Shown in pieces: positions 1 through 14,320 of a DNA stretch of 64,000 nucleotides. The translations under genes were made by a program, and so were the position numbers. Where the stretch lies: assembly GCA_964016885.1 (NCBI GenBank), contig OZ024741.1, positions 299,832,001 through 299,896,000 on the forward strand. The letters run 5' to 3'. How positions within the stretch are numbered: the stretch's first letter is position 1; every line of letters starts with the position of its first letter. The notes below the pieces were generated by a model. The model searched no databases and was not told the origin of the DNA. It saw nothing but the letters and a program-made list of their open reading frames with translations. The stretch comes from Eledone cirrhosa (taxonomy: Eukaryota).

Positions 1-24
1 TGTTATAATCTAGCGTATTTTCAG

Positions 25-64
25 ATGTCCTGTTACGACCCATCCACTGGTCAGAGAATCTACA
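25..64 (+). CDS. Candidate internal host exon (40 nt)
   Basis: Acceptor tattttcag| and donor |gtaagc. One open frame reads (D)VLLRPIHWSENL+CA and ends in phase 2, matching the 22568 exon. No homology recognised. Confidence 0.3.
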
Positions 65-329
65 GTAAGCATTTTATAGCTGCCTCGCTTTATCCCTGCT
101 TCACAATGAACGTCTATTAACAGTTCTGAAATACAGAAATTGAATTACAACCCCATTTATTTAATCATCGTTGCGTTGTCAAAAAAGATCTTCAAATAAT
201 ACCAAACATTACTAATAGTAACTGTGAATATGTAGAACATCCGGTGTATTAATTCTTATATTAAAGAGATGTGTTATATTATAGACACAATAACATTTAT
301 TTTATCAAGCACTCAAGTATAACATGGTT

Positions 330-1360
330 GACATCCAGCAAACGTAAGCAGGTGACATCATACAGCTGTAGACGAGCAACAGCTGAATGGCATGGAAAGA
401 TGTTTAGCAAAATATGGTATGTGTCTACATATGGTATGTGTCTACATTTTTCCTTCCTTCTAAGAAAAAAATATTAGTCAATCCTACTACAGTGATGAGA
501 GGAATAAAACGACGAAGTAAGCTTATCGCGTTCCTAAATCATTTGAGAATGGTGTAGTAGCCATGTACAAGATGATATCCTCAAAGCATAATCATGGATG
601 TACAACATAACGTTAATATAAAATTTTGGATACATAATTTGACAAGGTATTCCTAGTTGAGATTGTAAGATCACGTATTCCTTATCATCAAAGAAGAAAC
701 CTGTGAAGCAGCACTACACACAGGAATTAGCATATAGTTTATTTGCTGCGTTAACTGCCAGCCTCTTCAGAAAAACCCGGATATATGAAAATAATGCACT
801 CATTATTAATTGAAGAATTCCTTCAATGAAACGCGAACAAACTTGGTGAGAAAGTACATCAAATCTCTGAATAGTTAATATGGACAAATTGATGACCTTT
901 AATATTCGGAATCGGAGAATGTGACAGTGTGATATTTAAATACATTCTTATGGGCAAATATTAAATGCTGAGAAGAGCGCTTTCATATCCTACTCCATGA
1001 ATAATTGGATACAGAAGATAGCATATAAGAATTAATGGGGATGAAGCATCGTTGGAGACTAATAACAAATAGTTTTCATTGATATGTTATGGTTGAGAAA
1101 CATTGATATCACGATACGTCAACAAAAAAATTGCAAGGAATGTTGTCACCTATAATATTTCATTAATTACCTAGGAATCATACACATATTTTTAGTCACA
1201 AACTTTTTCAACATGTAAAACAAAATAATAATACACGAAAAGATCATTAAAAGGGCCAATGTTGAATTCCTGGCGAGAAATACGACTGTGGTAACAAAAT
1301 AATGATTTGATAAACAGATCCGCTAACCCAATGTCATTATAGATGTCATGAGATGTAAAA
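330..1360 (+). mobile_element. Highly degenerate pogo/Tigger-like transposase remnant
   Basis: Near 871-985 the sequence reads IVNMDKLMTFNI...AEKSAF, resembling the pogo DDE motif NMDE.PMTFD...G.EK..F. Many stops and frameshifts. Confidence 0.4.
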
Positions 1361-2314
1361 CAAACACAAGATGAGACAAACTGACAAAGTAACGAGTAGA
1401 AAAGTAGGCATACAAAATCGGTTAGTTCAAGCTGAACAATCTGATTCATAATAATGCGGATATGATTCTAATCAAATATGGACCTTGGAAACATTATCAA
1501 ATAACAATAGTACATTTTCAAAACATAAGAAGCGAGATATAAGTATGAATATAATGAAGAGTCAGCAAAATTGCTAAATGTTTAGTAGAGCATATAGTAG
1601 AATAGAAGCAGGCTAGATTCACTGGCAACAGCATTGATAAACTGTCAAAGTGCACGTCAAATACAACGATCAAACTTTTGATTACTAAGTGATGTCTATG
1701 AATTTAATGAAGGAATTTAGAGTCATATTTTCTCCCCTTCCAACTTTCTTACTTTGGTATGGTAGTCCATTTTCTCTCATTTACGGCATGTATAAACCTT
1801 TCCAATACCGCTTTCTTTTAGGGTATTTTTAAGCAAATAGAAATTGTTTATATATTTCGTAATTTTCTAAACGTAAAACAAAGTACAATTAATGGTGTAT
1901 CAGTGAAATAATCGACACACTAAGGATAGATATGAGAGGAAAAAGGAAAAACGGATCGACATTTTTCTCACTTAAAACCCTGATTTCGCAATTTGCAAGT
2001 CAATCATATTGAGTCAGTTATCACCTTTCTGTTTATAAAATCTTTAGAGAAATAACGTCGAGTTAATAATGCGACAGCTGCATGCATAATTTATTAAAAC
2101 AAACTTCAATAAATAAATAGAAGTTTCTAATCGTTCATTAGCTATTGGAAACATTTATATAAAAATCATAGCATCTGTAGAAGATAAATCTAAAAATGCA
2201 AACGACGTATATAACTTGAATATCTGAAATACTATAATAGATGCTGAAACAATGTCTTATCAACTACTGCATTGTCACGTGCAACCGATATGTACATACA
2301 CACACACACGCGAG

Positions 2315-2815
<501 letters not shown>

Positions 2816-2873
2816 GTGAGAAAAATATATATATATAGATGCGAGAAAAAGCACAAACCCTCCATCTCAATTC

Positions 2874-2911
2874 TACTTTTGAAAAGCAGAACTGCGAAAC
2901 CGGTAAAGGTA
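2874..2911 (+). ncRNA. Minimal type I hammerhead ribozyme, U3-A8 core variant (PLE tail family A)
   Basis: TACTT-TTGAAAA-GCAG AA CTGC-GAAA-CCGG-TA^AAGGTA. Stems I and II pair; stem III is the palindrome ACCGGT. Confidence 0.65.
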
Positions 2912-2971
2912 CTAAATGAATATATATTTTAAAAAAAAGACTCCAGTTGCATTCTCAGTTTCATCTTTTTT

Positions 2972-3032
<61 letters not shown>

Positions 3033-3999
3033 ATGTGTGTGTCTGTGTCTGTGTGTGATGTTGACGATCACGAGAATTAATACTCTATGACGAAGTAAAT
3101 TTTGATATTCTTTCGTATAACTCATTTGATGCTCCTGTGAGTACATAGGTAGACGTCAAGAGTAACACAACTCACCAACTACACATAACCCATAATAAAG
3201 AATTCTATATATAGAGAGAGAGACATATACATGCACAACAACATATATTTATGTATATATATATATACATATATATTTCAGTGTGTCTGTGTATATATAT
3301 ATGTGTGTGTGTGTGAGTATATATCTAAACTTCAGCTCCTGACGAGACATTAACGACTGCATTCGGTGACAGAGTATATCAGCCCCTTCAGCAAAGATCT
3401 GTGTTTGCCAAGACTTCAATCGAGAATAGCCCGATAGGAACTAAGTGAAGATAAACGTTTGTTTAAATGACACACTCAATATCTATGCAAACGTTCAAAC
3501 GGATATTAACTCTCTATCCAAACTATAAACTCTATATATCTATTGGATTATGGATTAAAAGTAAATAGAAGGGTGATTAAGTCAGATATTAACATATCAA
3601 TCAACTTTTTAAAATGTAGACTTTGCGTTGTACTCTGTACAATAAAAAGAATTCTGAATGCACCAAGCATTGACTGTTTGCACCTAACGATCAAACCTTT
3701 GATAAACCCTATATGTTCAATGTAGTTGTGGGCAGTATATTTAGACGTGATTGTAACAATTGAACCATTTTCCATAAAGCTCAGAATCATCTATCACATA
3801 TCGGTCAAACAAAATTAGAAAGATAATCAACTTTAGTTAGCGAATTTATAGCTATTATGCTGCTATTATAAGCAACACATCCAACATAATAATATCAATG
3901 TGTCCGCATCACACATTAGACACAAACAGCTGTTTATAGATTATGGAACTTCAACGAGCAATGCAGTAGTTATCGCAATAAAAAATAATATGTTGACGT

Positions 4000-4600
4000 A
4001 TAATTTGATGAGTTGTACATTATAAGAACAATGTTCATCATTCAGCAAGAGTACCATTTACAAATCAGGGGATGTTAGTTCTTTATTTTTTTACTTGGAA
4101 AGCGAGCTTACTCAGTTTGAAAATATGTTTTTGTTGCCGTAATTGCATAGTCAAATAAATACCTCACGGTTGGTTTAATCCGACGTTATATGTGAAGGTG
4201 AAACGTCATGCCAGGAGTTTAAACAAACGAACGCGCTGTTGCTAACATCTTTCATTCCATTTAAGAAGCAACCTGCTAATTATCAACCAGTTTCAGCTAT
4301 ATCTGAAACTACAGTGTAAACATTGCGGTCGACTAATATGAACACCATTTGTGTTTGGAGACACACATTTCCAATTTCTAATTTTTTTCATTGCTGCTCA
4401 TGTCAAACGTTTTGGTTACGACTGTAATTACAAGATTAAAACTTACTAAAACGACCGTATTTCTGACCAGTGATAAAGAGTAATGATTAATACAATCCCC
4501 AGCCATATGAGAAGCGCAAGTTTCGATCGATTCTGCGCAGTCATCTCCATTCTCCATACAGTACGCGATTAAATTAGGCGATTTTCTCAACTATTCTTAA
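4000..4600 (-). mobile_element. Possible degenerate hAT (Charlie/ZBED-like) transposase fragment
   Basis: NLIAYC...CINHYSLSLVRN...SFNLVITVVTK loosely resembles the hAT C(2)H region. Confidence 0.3.
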
Positions 4601-5877
4601 TGGTGGTTGACCATTATTAGGATCAACTTAGAAGAGACGCATACATTTCTAATTTCAAAATGTACCTGTGGTTCTGAGATCACTCCATTTTTATCACACC
4701 CACACACAGACACGCACATACATACATACATACATATATATCGTGTTCCTATATATAAACCGATTTAGTGTGTCACTCTGACGTTCATAACATTTCTAAT
4801 TATATATAAACATATTAGATACTTTCTGGAACAAAGTCAACATACTTTAGCAATATCCAACAGTGTGATTATTTCTTACCACCTTCCCAAATCAACTTTT
4901 CCATGGCACAGTGAAAGTTTCAAATTACACGACGCAAGGATGTGTTTTCTTGAATGTAATAACATCCGATGAAAACCAATCTGTTCATACCAAATAGTAG
5001 ACGATATGTATACGCTTACACACAGACATGCATACTCAAACACACACACAAACACATGCATACTCACACGCATTCACACACACACACACATGCATACTCA
5101 CACGCACTCACGCACACACACATACATACACGCACACACAAACACTAGTGAAACTAGTGAAACGTTTTACGCACGTACACGATCATCAACGCTTGGCCAT
5201 AAGAAATGAACATCTAAACTCTACTTCGGTATTGAGTGTCTTCTTTAATTATTGTCACCTCTTCAAGAATCTACCTACTAAAGATTCTGTACCTACTGTA
5301 CCAAGCGTCAAACTAATACAACTCCTCATTGTACTGTGCTGTTTGTTTCCGTTTACTTTATTTACATTTTGCATCTATACATACACATATATAGGTATAC
5401 ATATAGATACACGTTCACACACACATATGCACATACACACACACTCATAAACACAAACACACACACACATACACACACATATATATATATATATTTATAT
5501 ATATGTATGAACGTGTATCTAAATGGGTTTACCTTTTTGTTCATACTTTCATGTACGTATATGTGTTGGTACATGGGCACATATAGGATGGCAAGAAGAC
5601 AGTAGCTGATAAGTATAGAGAGTCGAATGCACAAAATGTTCGAGCTCAAGTGTTATATACACAGATTCGGAAGTGCAAAATAAAACAAACGGTTGAATTG
5701 TGCCAAATATGCGTGCTTTCCTAAAATCGTGATTTTTAGTAAACAAAATTGTACTTCATGTCATTGAGTCTTTATTGCTTGGTATTAATAGACACATAAT
5801 TACATACTTATACACACACATATGAACACAATATAAACACACATACACACATACACACATACACACACTCATATATA

Positions 5878-5912
<35 letters not shown>

Positions 5913-5999
5913 GGAACGATCGACTTTCGTCAAATCGGACCGAGGGAACAATGTTTCCGTTGGTCTTTCCAATTGCTAATACTATCTATCGGTCGCAAC

Positions 6000-6128
6000 T
6001 CCAGGTAGAAGGAGCAACGTGAAATAAAGTGTCTTGCTCAAGGACATAACGCATCACCTGGTCAAGGAATCGAACTCACAACCTTACGATTGCGAATACA
6101 ATTCCCTAACCACTCAGCCACACGCCTT
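6000..6128 (-). mobile_element. Partial tRNA-derived CORE-type SINE
   Basis: Reverse complement starts gaaggcgtgtggctgagtggttagg...gagttcgattcc (A/B boxes), then gtccttgagcaagacacttt. Same family as 27137-27438 and 28166-28441. Confidence 0.75.
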
Positions 6129-6172
<44 letters not shown>

Positions 6173-6245
6173 ATATTGAGTTATAAACTCGAAATAGTCT
6201 TTTACAATTAAATAGCTCAAAGAAGGAAATATTTCCGAGCCATGT

Positions 6246-6632
6246 AATACAAATGAATATATGAGAGGGATGAACACCGAAACAAGTATACATGTGTTCG
6301 AATTGCAAAGGACCAAGTTAGCTAGGTTGAAAAATACTAATTTAAAATAATATAGTTTGCCTGTCTCGATTTAAAATAATAAATCAATAAAAATAACAAA
6401 CCTATATTGGCAATGGCCGTGATACCCGGACAAATTCTAAATTTATTTCGCAACAATTATTAAGCGAAAGTCACTATTCCTGTGCTCTTATTGATTTATT
6501 ATTTAAAATCGAGACAAGCAAACTATATTATTTTAAATTACTATTTTTCAACCGAGCTAACTAGGTCATTTGCAATTGGAACACATGTATACTTGTTTCA
6601 GTGTTCATCCCTCTCATATATTCATTTGTGTT
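6246..6632. repeat. Inverted repeat, ~150-bp arms (6246-6398 / 6481-6632)
   Basis: Arms are near reverse complements. (TA)n tracts on both sides. Confidence 0.9.
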
Positions 6633-6762
6633 TATATATAGATATATATATATATATATTCATTTATATAATATATATATATATGTATATATACGTAGGT
6701 CCCGGGTTGAGTCGGGGATAACCACAGTATGTAAGGTACTCAATACATGGCAGAGTAATTTT

Positions 6763-6898
6763 TTTTTATTTTATAGAAGGAGCTTCTACAGGACTAGTAC
6801 TGTTTCATTTAGATGAAATCTTCAGGAAGCGCTTCCTGAAGATTTCATCTGAATGAAACAGTACTAGTCCTGTAGAAGCTCCTTCTATAAAATAAAAA
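6763..6898. repeat. Near-perfect spacerless palindrome made of two head-to-head HHR motifs
   Basis: Centre ggaagc|gcttcc at 6830/6831; arms ~68 bp. Confidence 0.92.
6831..6879 (+). ncRNA. Type I hammerhead ribozyme motif (mirror copy on - strand at 6782-6830)
   Basis: GCTTC-CTGAAGA-T TTCA TC TGAA T-GAAA-CAG tactagtc CTG-TA^GAAGC. Stems I and III are perfect; U.U at the base of stem II. Confidence 0.7.
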
Positions 6899-7157
6899 TA
6901 AAAAAATATATATATATATATATACACAAAATATTATAGATATTGTAAATACTTAACAGAGATTACAATTTAAAAAGGAAACACAAAATAACAAACTGGA
7001 ATATCAATTCAATTGGTTGAACGCATGAGGATGTTACTATAGAGTTATTTGTAATATGAGCCCTGCATATGAAAAGGACATAGTACATTTAATGTTAGTT
7101 CTTAATAGGAAGGTTAAAGAGAAGGGACGAAGGGAAAGTCTGGAAAGAAAACATGAA

Positions 7158-7347
7158 AATAATTGTTTCTACTTTTGGCACAAGGCCAGCAATTAACCAG
7201 TGCATTACTGGTACTTTATTTTATCGAACCCGTAAGAATGAAAGGCACAGTTAACCTCGGCGGGATTTGAACTCAGAATGACAAGGGCCGTAACTCTATG
7301 CATCAAAGCATGGTGTCCGACCCTCTACCGATACTGCCAATCCACCG
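7158..7347 (-). mobile_element. tRNA-derived SINE, major family
   Basis: Matches the full-length copy at 31902-32086. Confidence 0.88.
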
Positions 7348-7489
7348 AAAACATGAAAATAATCGTATTTAATATAGAAATATGGCCAGGAATGGGTTGG
7401 GAGAGAAGCATGGATTACATCGACCTCAATATTATACTGGTACGTTAATTTATCGCCTACGGAAATGATGAAAAGAAAAATTATCATCG

Positions 7490-7840
7490 ATAGCATGAAA
7501 AAGTTCAAGTATCTCGGGTCCGATTTCACGAGATGGAAGGTAGGAACTGAATTAAGTAAAGGAATTCCAGGAGCTGGCGCAGTAATAAATGGCCCGACTT
7601 CAGCATTCGGTAATAAAAAGAAGGGATGTATGTGTAATAACCAAACTCACTATATTCAATTCATTGTTCATGCCAGCCCTTACCTATGGTCATGAATCTT
7701 GAGTTATGTCCGAAAGAATATGATAGCAAATAGAAGCGGTCGAAGTGGGGTTCTTCCGAAAAATCTCTGGTTTAAGGCTACTAGGCAGAGTGCGTAGCTC
7801 GGAGAACAGATAGTTGATCCGGGAGAAGAGATAGTTGCAA
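7490..7840 (+). mobile_element. RTE-clade LINE fragment (post-RT region)
   Basis: KKFKYLGSDFTR...TIFNSLFMPALTYGHES*...IEAVEVGFFRKISGLRLLGRVRSSE. Confidence 0.75.
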
Positions 7841-8258
7841 CGTTTGACAAAACTGATAAGACACCTAATACATTTCGATCAAACCATTAAAATCATCACA
7901 TCAAATGAGTACATGCGATTCACACTCTGTATCATGCTCAATCAATCAATGAGAACTACAGTGACGGTGCATATAAAGGCAGAATACTCAACCACTGGCA
8001 CTTTAATTTTGTGAGTAGGCTGTAACCTGGCTCAAACATTTGCAGAATTCGTCGACTCAATTGACGTTGATGAGATTCTGTATGTTCAGGAGATTCGAGC
8101 AAAAGGCAATATCGATAGTTACTATTAATTAATATCGCAAATTACATATTTCCTGTCCAGGGGTCATTTCCATGATTGAATTATAATTCATTTTCAACTA
8201 TATTCCGGGCTACCTGTGTTGTTTAAGGAGCGAATCAACTGTTATTCCCTATGAACGT

Positions 8259-8465
8259 GTTCTTCTTCTTCTTCTTCTTCTTCTTCTTCTTCTTCTTCTT
8301 CTTCTTCTTCTTCTTCTTCTTCTTCTTCTTCTTCTTCTTCTTCCTAAAAGGGCCGTGGGACAAAGTCCTCAAACACTCCTTCCAGCAGTTCCTATCAGAA
8401 GCAAAAGTATGCAACTGATCCGCTTGGTCTCCAAGTGAGTGCAGGTGAGCTCATGGATGTTATTC
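8259..8465 (-). mobile_element. RTE-like 3' end with (AAG)n tail
   Basis: Reverse strand reads FASDRNCWKECLRTL and then a long (AAG)n, seen as (CTT)n at 8259-8343. Resembles the end of 25770-26125. Confidence 0.55.
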
Positions 8466-10266
8466 AACGGAGTCTCTTCGTAAATTTATTCAATTTTCTA
8501 AAATCCGTACAATATACTACAGTAGTGTGATCACATTATTTTTAACCCAATACTCCTACAGTTTAATGCAAAAATATGTAGCGTCAAAAAACCGTTACAT
8601 TATTGCTTTTCCTTTTTTTTGTTCTTTCACTTGTTAGTGTTTTTCGCTATAACACAAACAAATTAATACGTTTCGTATAGAGATTGGATTTCATATCGTG
8701 ATACCGCTGTTTGGCGCCACTTAATCTTGAGAAACAATACTTCCATCACTAATTAGGAATATAAACACGTATGAAAGTGGTGCATGCATGAAATAGAAGA
8801 AATAATTCGTTCTGTATCGGTGTATGTCGAAAGCCTACCCTATGTCACAAGAAAATATCAATCGTTTGCAGATGCGAATAACACTCTCACACATACATTT
8901 CAATCAATCTACAGTGAGCTGGCCTTAAGGTTAAGAAGACATATTAAATGCACATCTTGCTTTCTTATTTACCACCTCGAGAGCTTAAGTTTGCAATGCA
9001 AACTAATAGTTCAAAGTAAACTATCGATTTAGTAGAGCAAAAACAAAAACACAACAGAAATTGTAACGCAAGGCAACTCGATTATTGAATACTAGATATA
9101 AATGTTATAGAAATACGATAAAGGAAAAAAAATTCCGTATATTTAACATGTTTATTTTCGATCATTGTTCAACGCATCACCTTCTGTTCACATGTTCCAC
9201 CTCATTGTTACGACATCCTCTTCTTTCTACCCTTCCCCATCATTCATATCCTTTTCATCATTATCATTGATCACACCTCCTCATCATTGTACTCATCTTT
9301 ATCATCATAACAATCATCACATCCTTGTCCTCTTCCTCATTCCTATCACTACAATATCCCTTTCATTCCATCTCCCTCTATATCCCTACCATATCATTGT
9401 TTTTATCCTTCCCAGCTTTTTTTTTTTATTCCTAGAGTCACCATCAACAGTAACACTATCATCATAAAAACCATCATTACCACAGGACACCGCCATCGAC
9501 ATTATCATCCTCATCATCATCGGTATCATTATCCACCAGGTGCTGCTCCTACTGTTCTCCCTACCCTCTCCTCCTCCTTCTCCTCTACATTCTCGCCTTC
9601 CCCTCCTAATTCTTCCCCTTTCCCTCCTACTTATCCCAACCTCCTCCTCCTTCCCCCTCCTTCTTATAATCAACACATTTGCTATCATAATTGTTATTAC
9701 TATGAAAATCATTTATTTGTCATAAGCCACATGCACATTTTAGACACAGATATTGGGTGCTAACATTGTACACTACCTCAAATATAGTCGAAGGATAAAC
9801 TCCATTGAAACGCCTGGTACGGTGGCAGTAAAACAAATGATGTAATGGTATTGATGAATTTAGTTTTTACTAAATATGGAATTGGCGGGAATGTTTACCT
9901 GCATTGAAACAATGTCCATATATTAATGCTACTCCAAATATTACTCCCGCAGAAAGGAAAATAAAAGTTAATACCGTTGGAATTATAATCTACAGACAAA
10001 TACTGAATATCACATTATCCGTATCTCATTTATTTAAAAACATTTGTCATTTTGAACTCAGGTTATATATTTCCAAAGAGTTCTTGTTGTTGTTTAGGTT
10101 CAATTAATTCCTGAACGGACAGTATTCTTAAAATTATCTGAAACTAGTTTAGTTGGCAAATTTACAGAGTTTAGAAAATCGGGTAGACATTTATCATGAA
10201 TCTGCGCGGTAATTTGAAACTCTAGTAAATTCTTCTTCGCTTTTCATCCTTGTGGTATCGAGAAAT

Positions 10267-10454
10267 ATAATTGTTTCTACTTTAGGCACAAGGCCAGCAA
10301 TTACCCAGTGCATTACTGGTACTTTATTTTATCGACTCCGTAAGGATGAAAGGCAAAGTCAACCTCGGCGGGATTTGAACTCAAATCGTAAAGGGATGTA
10401 ACTATGCTGGAAAGCATGGCGTCCGACCCTCTACCGATACTGCCAATCCACCGC
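10267..10454 (-). mobile_element. tRNA-derived SINE, major family
   Basis: Near-consensus copy. Confidence 0.9.
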
Positions 10455-10569
10455 GAGAAATATAATGCCAATACAAACACGTTGTCAACTTATACTTCTT
10501 TCTCCCCTCTTTCTCACTCTGTCTCTCTTTCTTTCTCCACTCTCCCTATTTGCAATTTGTTACGCTGTG

Positions 10570-10822
10570 CCGTCGAGATGTGTCATGGAACGGACCTCTC
10601 TCGATTTCCACGCTGAATGTTCCAGTTGTTACACCACTGGAACAACCAGCCCATGGAATTAACGTGTACATTGCTGAGCATTCCGTAGATAATTGAAACC
10701 TTAACGTCATTCCTGGGGAGATTCAGCCTCATATCTACGTTTGCCCAAGTTGCCACACTGTAGCATCGAACCCATGATCTAATGATTCTGAAGGGAACCT
10801 CTTGACCGTTCGGCCAAGCAAC
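10570..10822 (-). mobile_element. Old tRNA-derived CORE-like SINE
   Basis: Reverse complement: tggccgaacggtcaag (A box), gggttcgatgc (B box), gcaacttgggcaaacgt (CORE-like). Confidence 0.5.
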
Positions 10823-11149
10823 GTTCGATGAGTCAATTTTGATCATTTAGAGGGTTGCTTTCTCTACAAATGAGAATCTTTGAAGGTAAAACAAGCATCA
10901 TTTTCTCATAGAGAAACAAATATGCTTCTGAAACCGATGTGTTGTACAGCACGAAATGATTACAGAAAAATTAAAATATATGTTCTTATGCTGACCTCTT
11001 CAAGATGGACTATATACAGTGGTTTAAGGAAGTATGCATGGTATTTCTAGGAGGCCAAGCAACGCGAATATGTTTCTCATTAGATGGTGACTCCTCTGAT
11101 ATTTCAAAGTTAATTTCGTTTGAAGTTATTTAGAGGAATGTAATGGTTT

Positions 11150-11850
11150 AGGGAGGAAGACCATAAGTACATATGCTCCAAAAGGCGGGGTTTACCAAGC
11201 TCTGAACTATCCGGAAAATATTAGAAGGATAAGGATAATGATCCCATAATTCCTTGCAGACTCGTAGAAACACCGTCAAACGGCGTGTGTAAGGCACTTT
11301 TAAACGTAGCGGAGCCCTACCATCTCCAAGTCTGAACACAGTCGTTTATTTCTATAATGGAAGAATCGACCCCAGTACTGGACTGCTACTTTTTTGTCGA
11401 CCTCACAAGGATGAAAGGCCAAGTTGGCCACGGTGGGGTTTTAACCCAGAGCGCGAAATGTGGTGGGACGGATATTGTAAAGCATTCTATCCGACGTCTT
11501 AACGACTCTGCCAATTCACCGAAGTAAATTCACTCTTAAAAGTCAAAAGATATATGTATTTCAATACCTTTGCATGTTCAGATGGAATGGGTTTGTAAAC
11601 GTTCCAATAACATGAAAGGAAGTGACTCGTTATTTATACCCTCCAAGTACAAGATTCCGACGCCCGTAGTATGCTGATTGTTGGATTGAACAACCCCAAC
11701 CATGCCTCGCATAACAGCTACTTATTTCGATTGATTTGACGCCATCCCTTAACCTCACATTGCACTGTAATTTATCATAGTGTCCATTAGGGTCAGCTGC
11801 AAAGGAAGGAAATTGCTTCCTTAATATATGTGGCAGATGCATGGCATTAC
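11150..11850 (-). mobile_element. Degenerate Ty3/Gypsy pol remnant interrupted by a diverged SINE (~11365-11521)
   Basis: ILRKQFPSFAADPNGHYDKLQCNVRLRDGVKS resembles the region before the Gypsy RT. A frameshifted YTR.PF.GVS..GIM resembles YNRLPFGVKSAPGIFQ. Confidence 0.4.
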
Positions 11851-12049
11851 ATATGGTTGAATGGATTTTAAGTGCAGCACTTGTATTGAATTATTGCGTA
11901 AGTTGTGATATGCAACGTTCTGAAATCCACTCAGAAGTGACATTACAGTTGACTAGGCAGATATTGCTAGTGAGAATTAAAGTCCATCAAATATATAGAG
12001 ATATTGACACTCAAACATATATCTGTATATATTTGGAAAATATTGATTT

Positions 12050-12394
12050 TGAATTTAGGGACAAGGCCAGCGCATTTGTGGGGGGTGTAGAGTTGATTAA
12101 ACCAACCCCAGTACTTGTGTGGTACTTAATAAATATAGACTCCTGAAAGATGGAAGACAATGTTAAATTTGGCCGGATTTGAACTCAGAATGTAAAGAGC
12201 CTGAACAATCAACGCAATAATAATTGTTTCTACTTTTCGCACAAGGCCAGTAATTATCCCAGTACATTACTGGTACTTTATTTTATCGACCCCGTAAGGA
12301 TTCCTTTGTGGAATTTGAACTTAGAACGTAAAGGGACGTAACTATGCTGTAAAGCATGGTCTCCGATCCTCTATTGTTACTGCCAATTCACCGC
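12050..12394 (-). mobile_element. Two adjacent SINE copies (diverged 12050-12210; major family 12218-12394)
   Basis: acaaggccag, ttatcgacccc and atttgaactcagaa motifs. Confidence 0.8.
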
Positions 12395-13084
12395 TCTATA
12401 GTGTTATCTAATCATATATATATTCTACTAACCCTCCAACCTATAAATGATTTATGGAAAATATTAATACATATTTAATTGGGAAGTTATATGTGTGTAT
12501 GTGTACACAAGAGTATACTACAAATATTGAATTTTATGAAATTTCTTCAAATACTTTAGGTGTTCGTTTACAGCATCCAATCGAATTATTGTTTACCTTT
12601 AGCTAATGGCAAAGCATATTCCAAAGATATCTCAGAGATTTAGTCATTCATGAATATAAATTTTATCCGAAATATATGATATTTTAATCGATTTTCGTTA
12701 AATAAAATTTGTTGGAATGGTAGGAATTTGAATTTACGTAAAACTTATTTTCAAAAATCTTTATCTGCTCCCTGATCTCTAAACGTTTAGGGAAGAATTT
12801 AATAGAGACTTTTAGCGATATTGTAAATTAAGTTACACAATACAACACAAACTACTTACACATTCTCACGCTAGTGTGGCAAGGCTGTAAAACACTGCTT
12901 ACAACTGTGTATTAAAATTGTCGATAGAAACCATCCATGTCCTCGATATGATAGTCCTCTTCGAAAGTAATGGTTATACAGGTAATATAGTGACCTAGAT
13001 AAGAAAATGTTATAGGCATAAACATTATAAATTAGAGGACAAAATCACATTTACTCTATTCTTCAAACTGGTTATCTCCAGCCA

Positions 13085-14253
13085 AAGTCAGGGCGTGGAC
13101 GGCCAGCAGTCTAAAGGCACTACCTTCGGTATTGATTAAGTCCAGGACCATAAACTTACCGTCCAGGTTCAGAAACATGGACCTTTCCTCTGGATCCAGG
13201 CCTTCCCTAAACAGCACTTCCACCCCAGCTCCAATTCCTGTTCAACTAAGAGTTGCGAATATCTGATAGTCGTCGAAAATAGTGGATAGTGCGTGTAAGA
13301 CGGAAATCCTGGCCTCTTTGACCATAGTCACATCCATATGTATTTACCTGAGGTCGTTCAGCAGGTGACCATGCTTCTCGGACGACGCAGGCTACTAATA
13401 TTCAATCATCCTACTCTTAATATGGCCCTGTTTGTAGGATAAAAGTGAGAGGAAAGGATTACTTGCTTACTGGGGGCAGGTGGTTCGACATCCATGGTTG
13501 GTGGATTTTCTTTGAGAACCTCCTTAAAAGTCTTGATGTGGGATTCACATTCGGGATCCCGCGACCAGAGGAAAGTTCTCTCTAATCTTTTTGTAGTGGT
13601 AAAGCAACAGTTGTACCAGTAGGAAATCTTCGGTAACGCGAAATGTGCTCGTTCCTAATATCTCATTTTCATTTTCAATTTCTTGCCTTCGTGCTGTCAA
13701 GGCCATCAAATCCTTTTTAGCCCTTCCTACTAGTTGCATGTCTTGTTTTGTTCTTGTTTTTTGTTGCGATTTTTGCATTTGGACTGATGATGTAGCGATG
13801 GTGGTATTGGTGGTATTGTAATATGTCTGTGTTTGCTTTTAGTATGGTGTCTAAGATTTCAATTGTTTTTTTTTGTGTGTGTGTGGAGGGGGAGGGTCTG
13901 TTATTTACTGTTCTCTTTTTCTGTTTTTCTTTTGCTTTCTTTTTTTGCCCCTCTTCTTCACTACTAGAAGACGAGTAGTCTGTGTTGTTTACTGATTGCG
14001 TCCATCTGCGTGTTTATTTGTGTATTTGTTTTGAGAGATACATATGGAGAGCTTTCCTCATTTTTCCCCTGGGTTGGTTTTATTGCCGTTGGTGGTGGTG
14101 AATTTACTGGTGTTTCTGATGTTGGTGTTGCTCTCGGTATTGGTGCTGGTGGAGCGTTCCGTGTCGGCACTGGAATTAGCAGCAACGTAGACTTGCGGCC
14201 CCCTGCATTTTTTAGCTGAGGACAGAAGGCTCGCAGATGTGTTGCTTCGCGGT
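13085..14253 (-). mobile_element. Tx1/L1-like LINE fragment: ORF1 C-terminus plus APE endonuclease N-terminus
   Basis: MAILRVG*LNISSLR..HLLNDLR..DVTMVKEAR..GAGVEVLF..DGKFMVLDL..FRLLAVHA is APE-like. Upstream (Y)REATHLRAFCP looks like a decayed CCHC knuckle followed by a P/T/K-rich tail. Confidence 0.7.
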
Positions 14254-14320
14254 AGAAGAAGAAGAAGAAGAAGAAGAAGAAGAAGAAGAAGAAGAAGAAG
14301 AAGAAGAAGAAGAAGAAGAA
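14254..14320. repeat. (GAA)n microsatellite
   Basis: Directly visible. Confidence 0.95.

Noticed and set aside
7950-8130. Candidate exon(s) around gtgagt at 8011
   Set aside because: No good acceptor tract, and part of it resembles decayed SINE sequence.
9165-9725. His/Pro/Leu-rich ORFs
   Set aside because: Degenerate (CAT)/(CCT) low-complexity tract.
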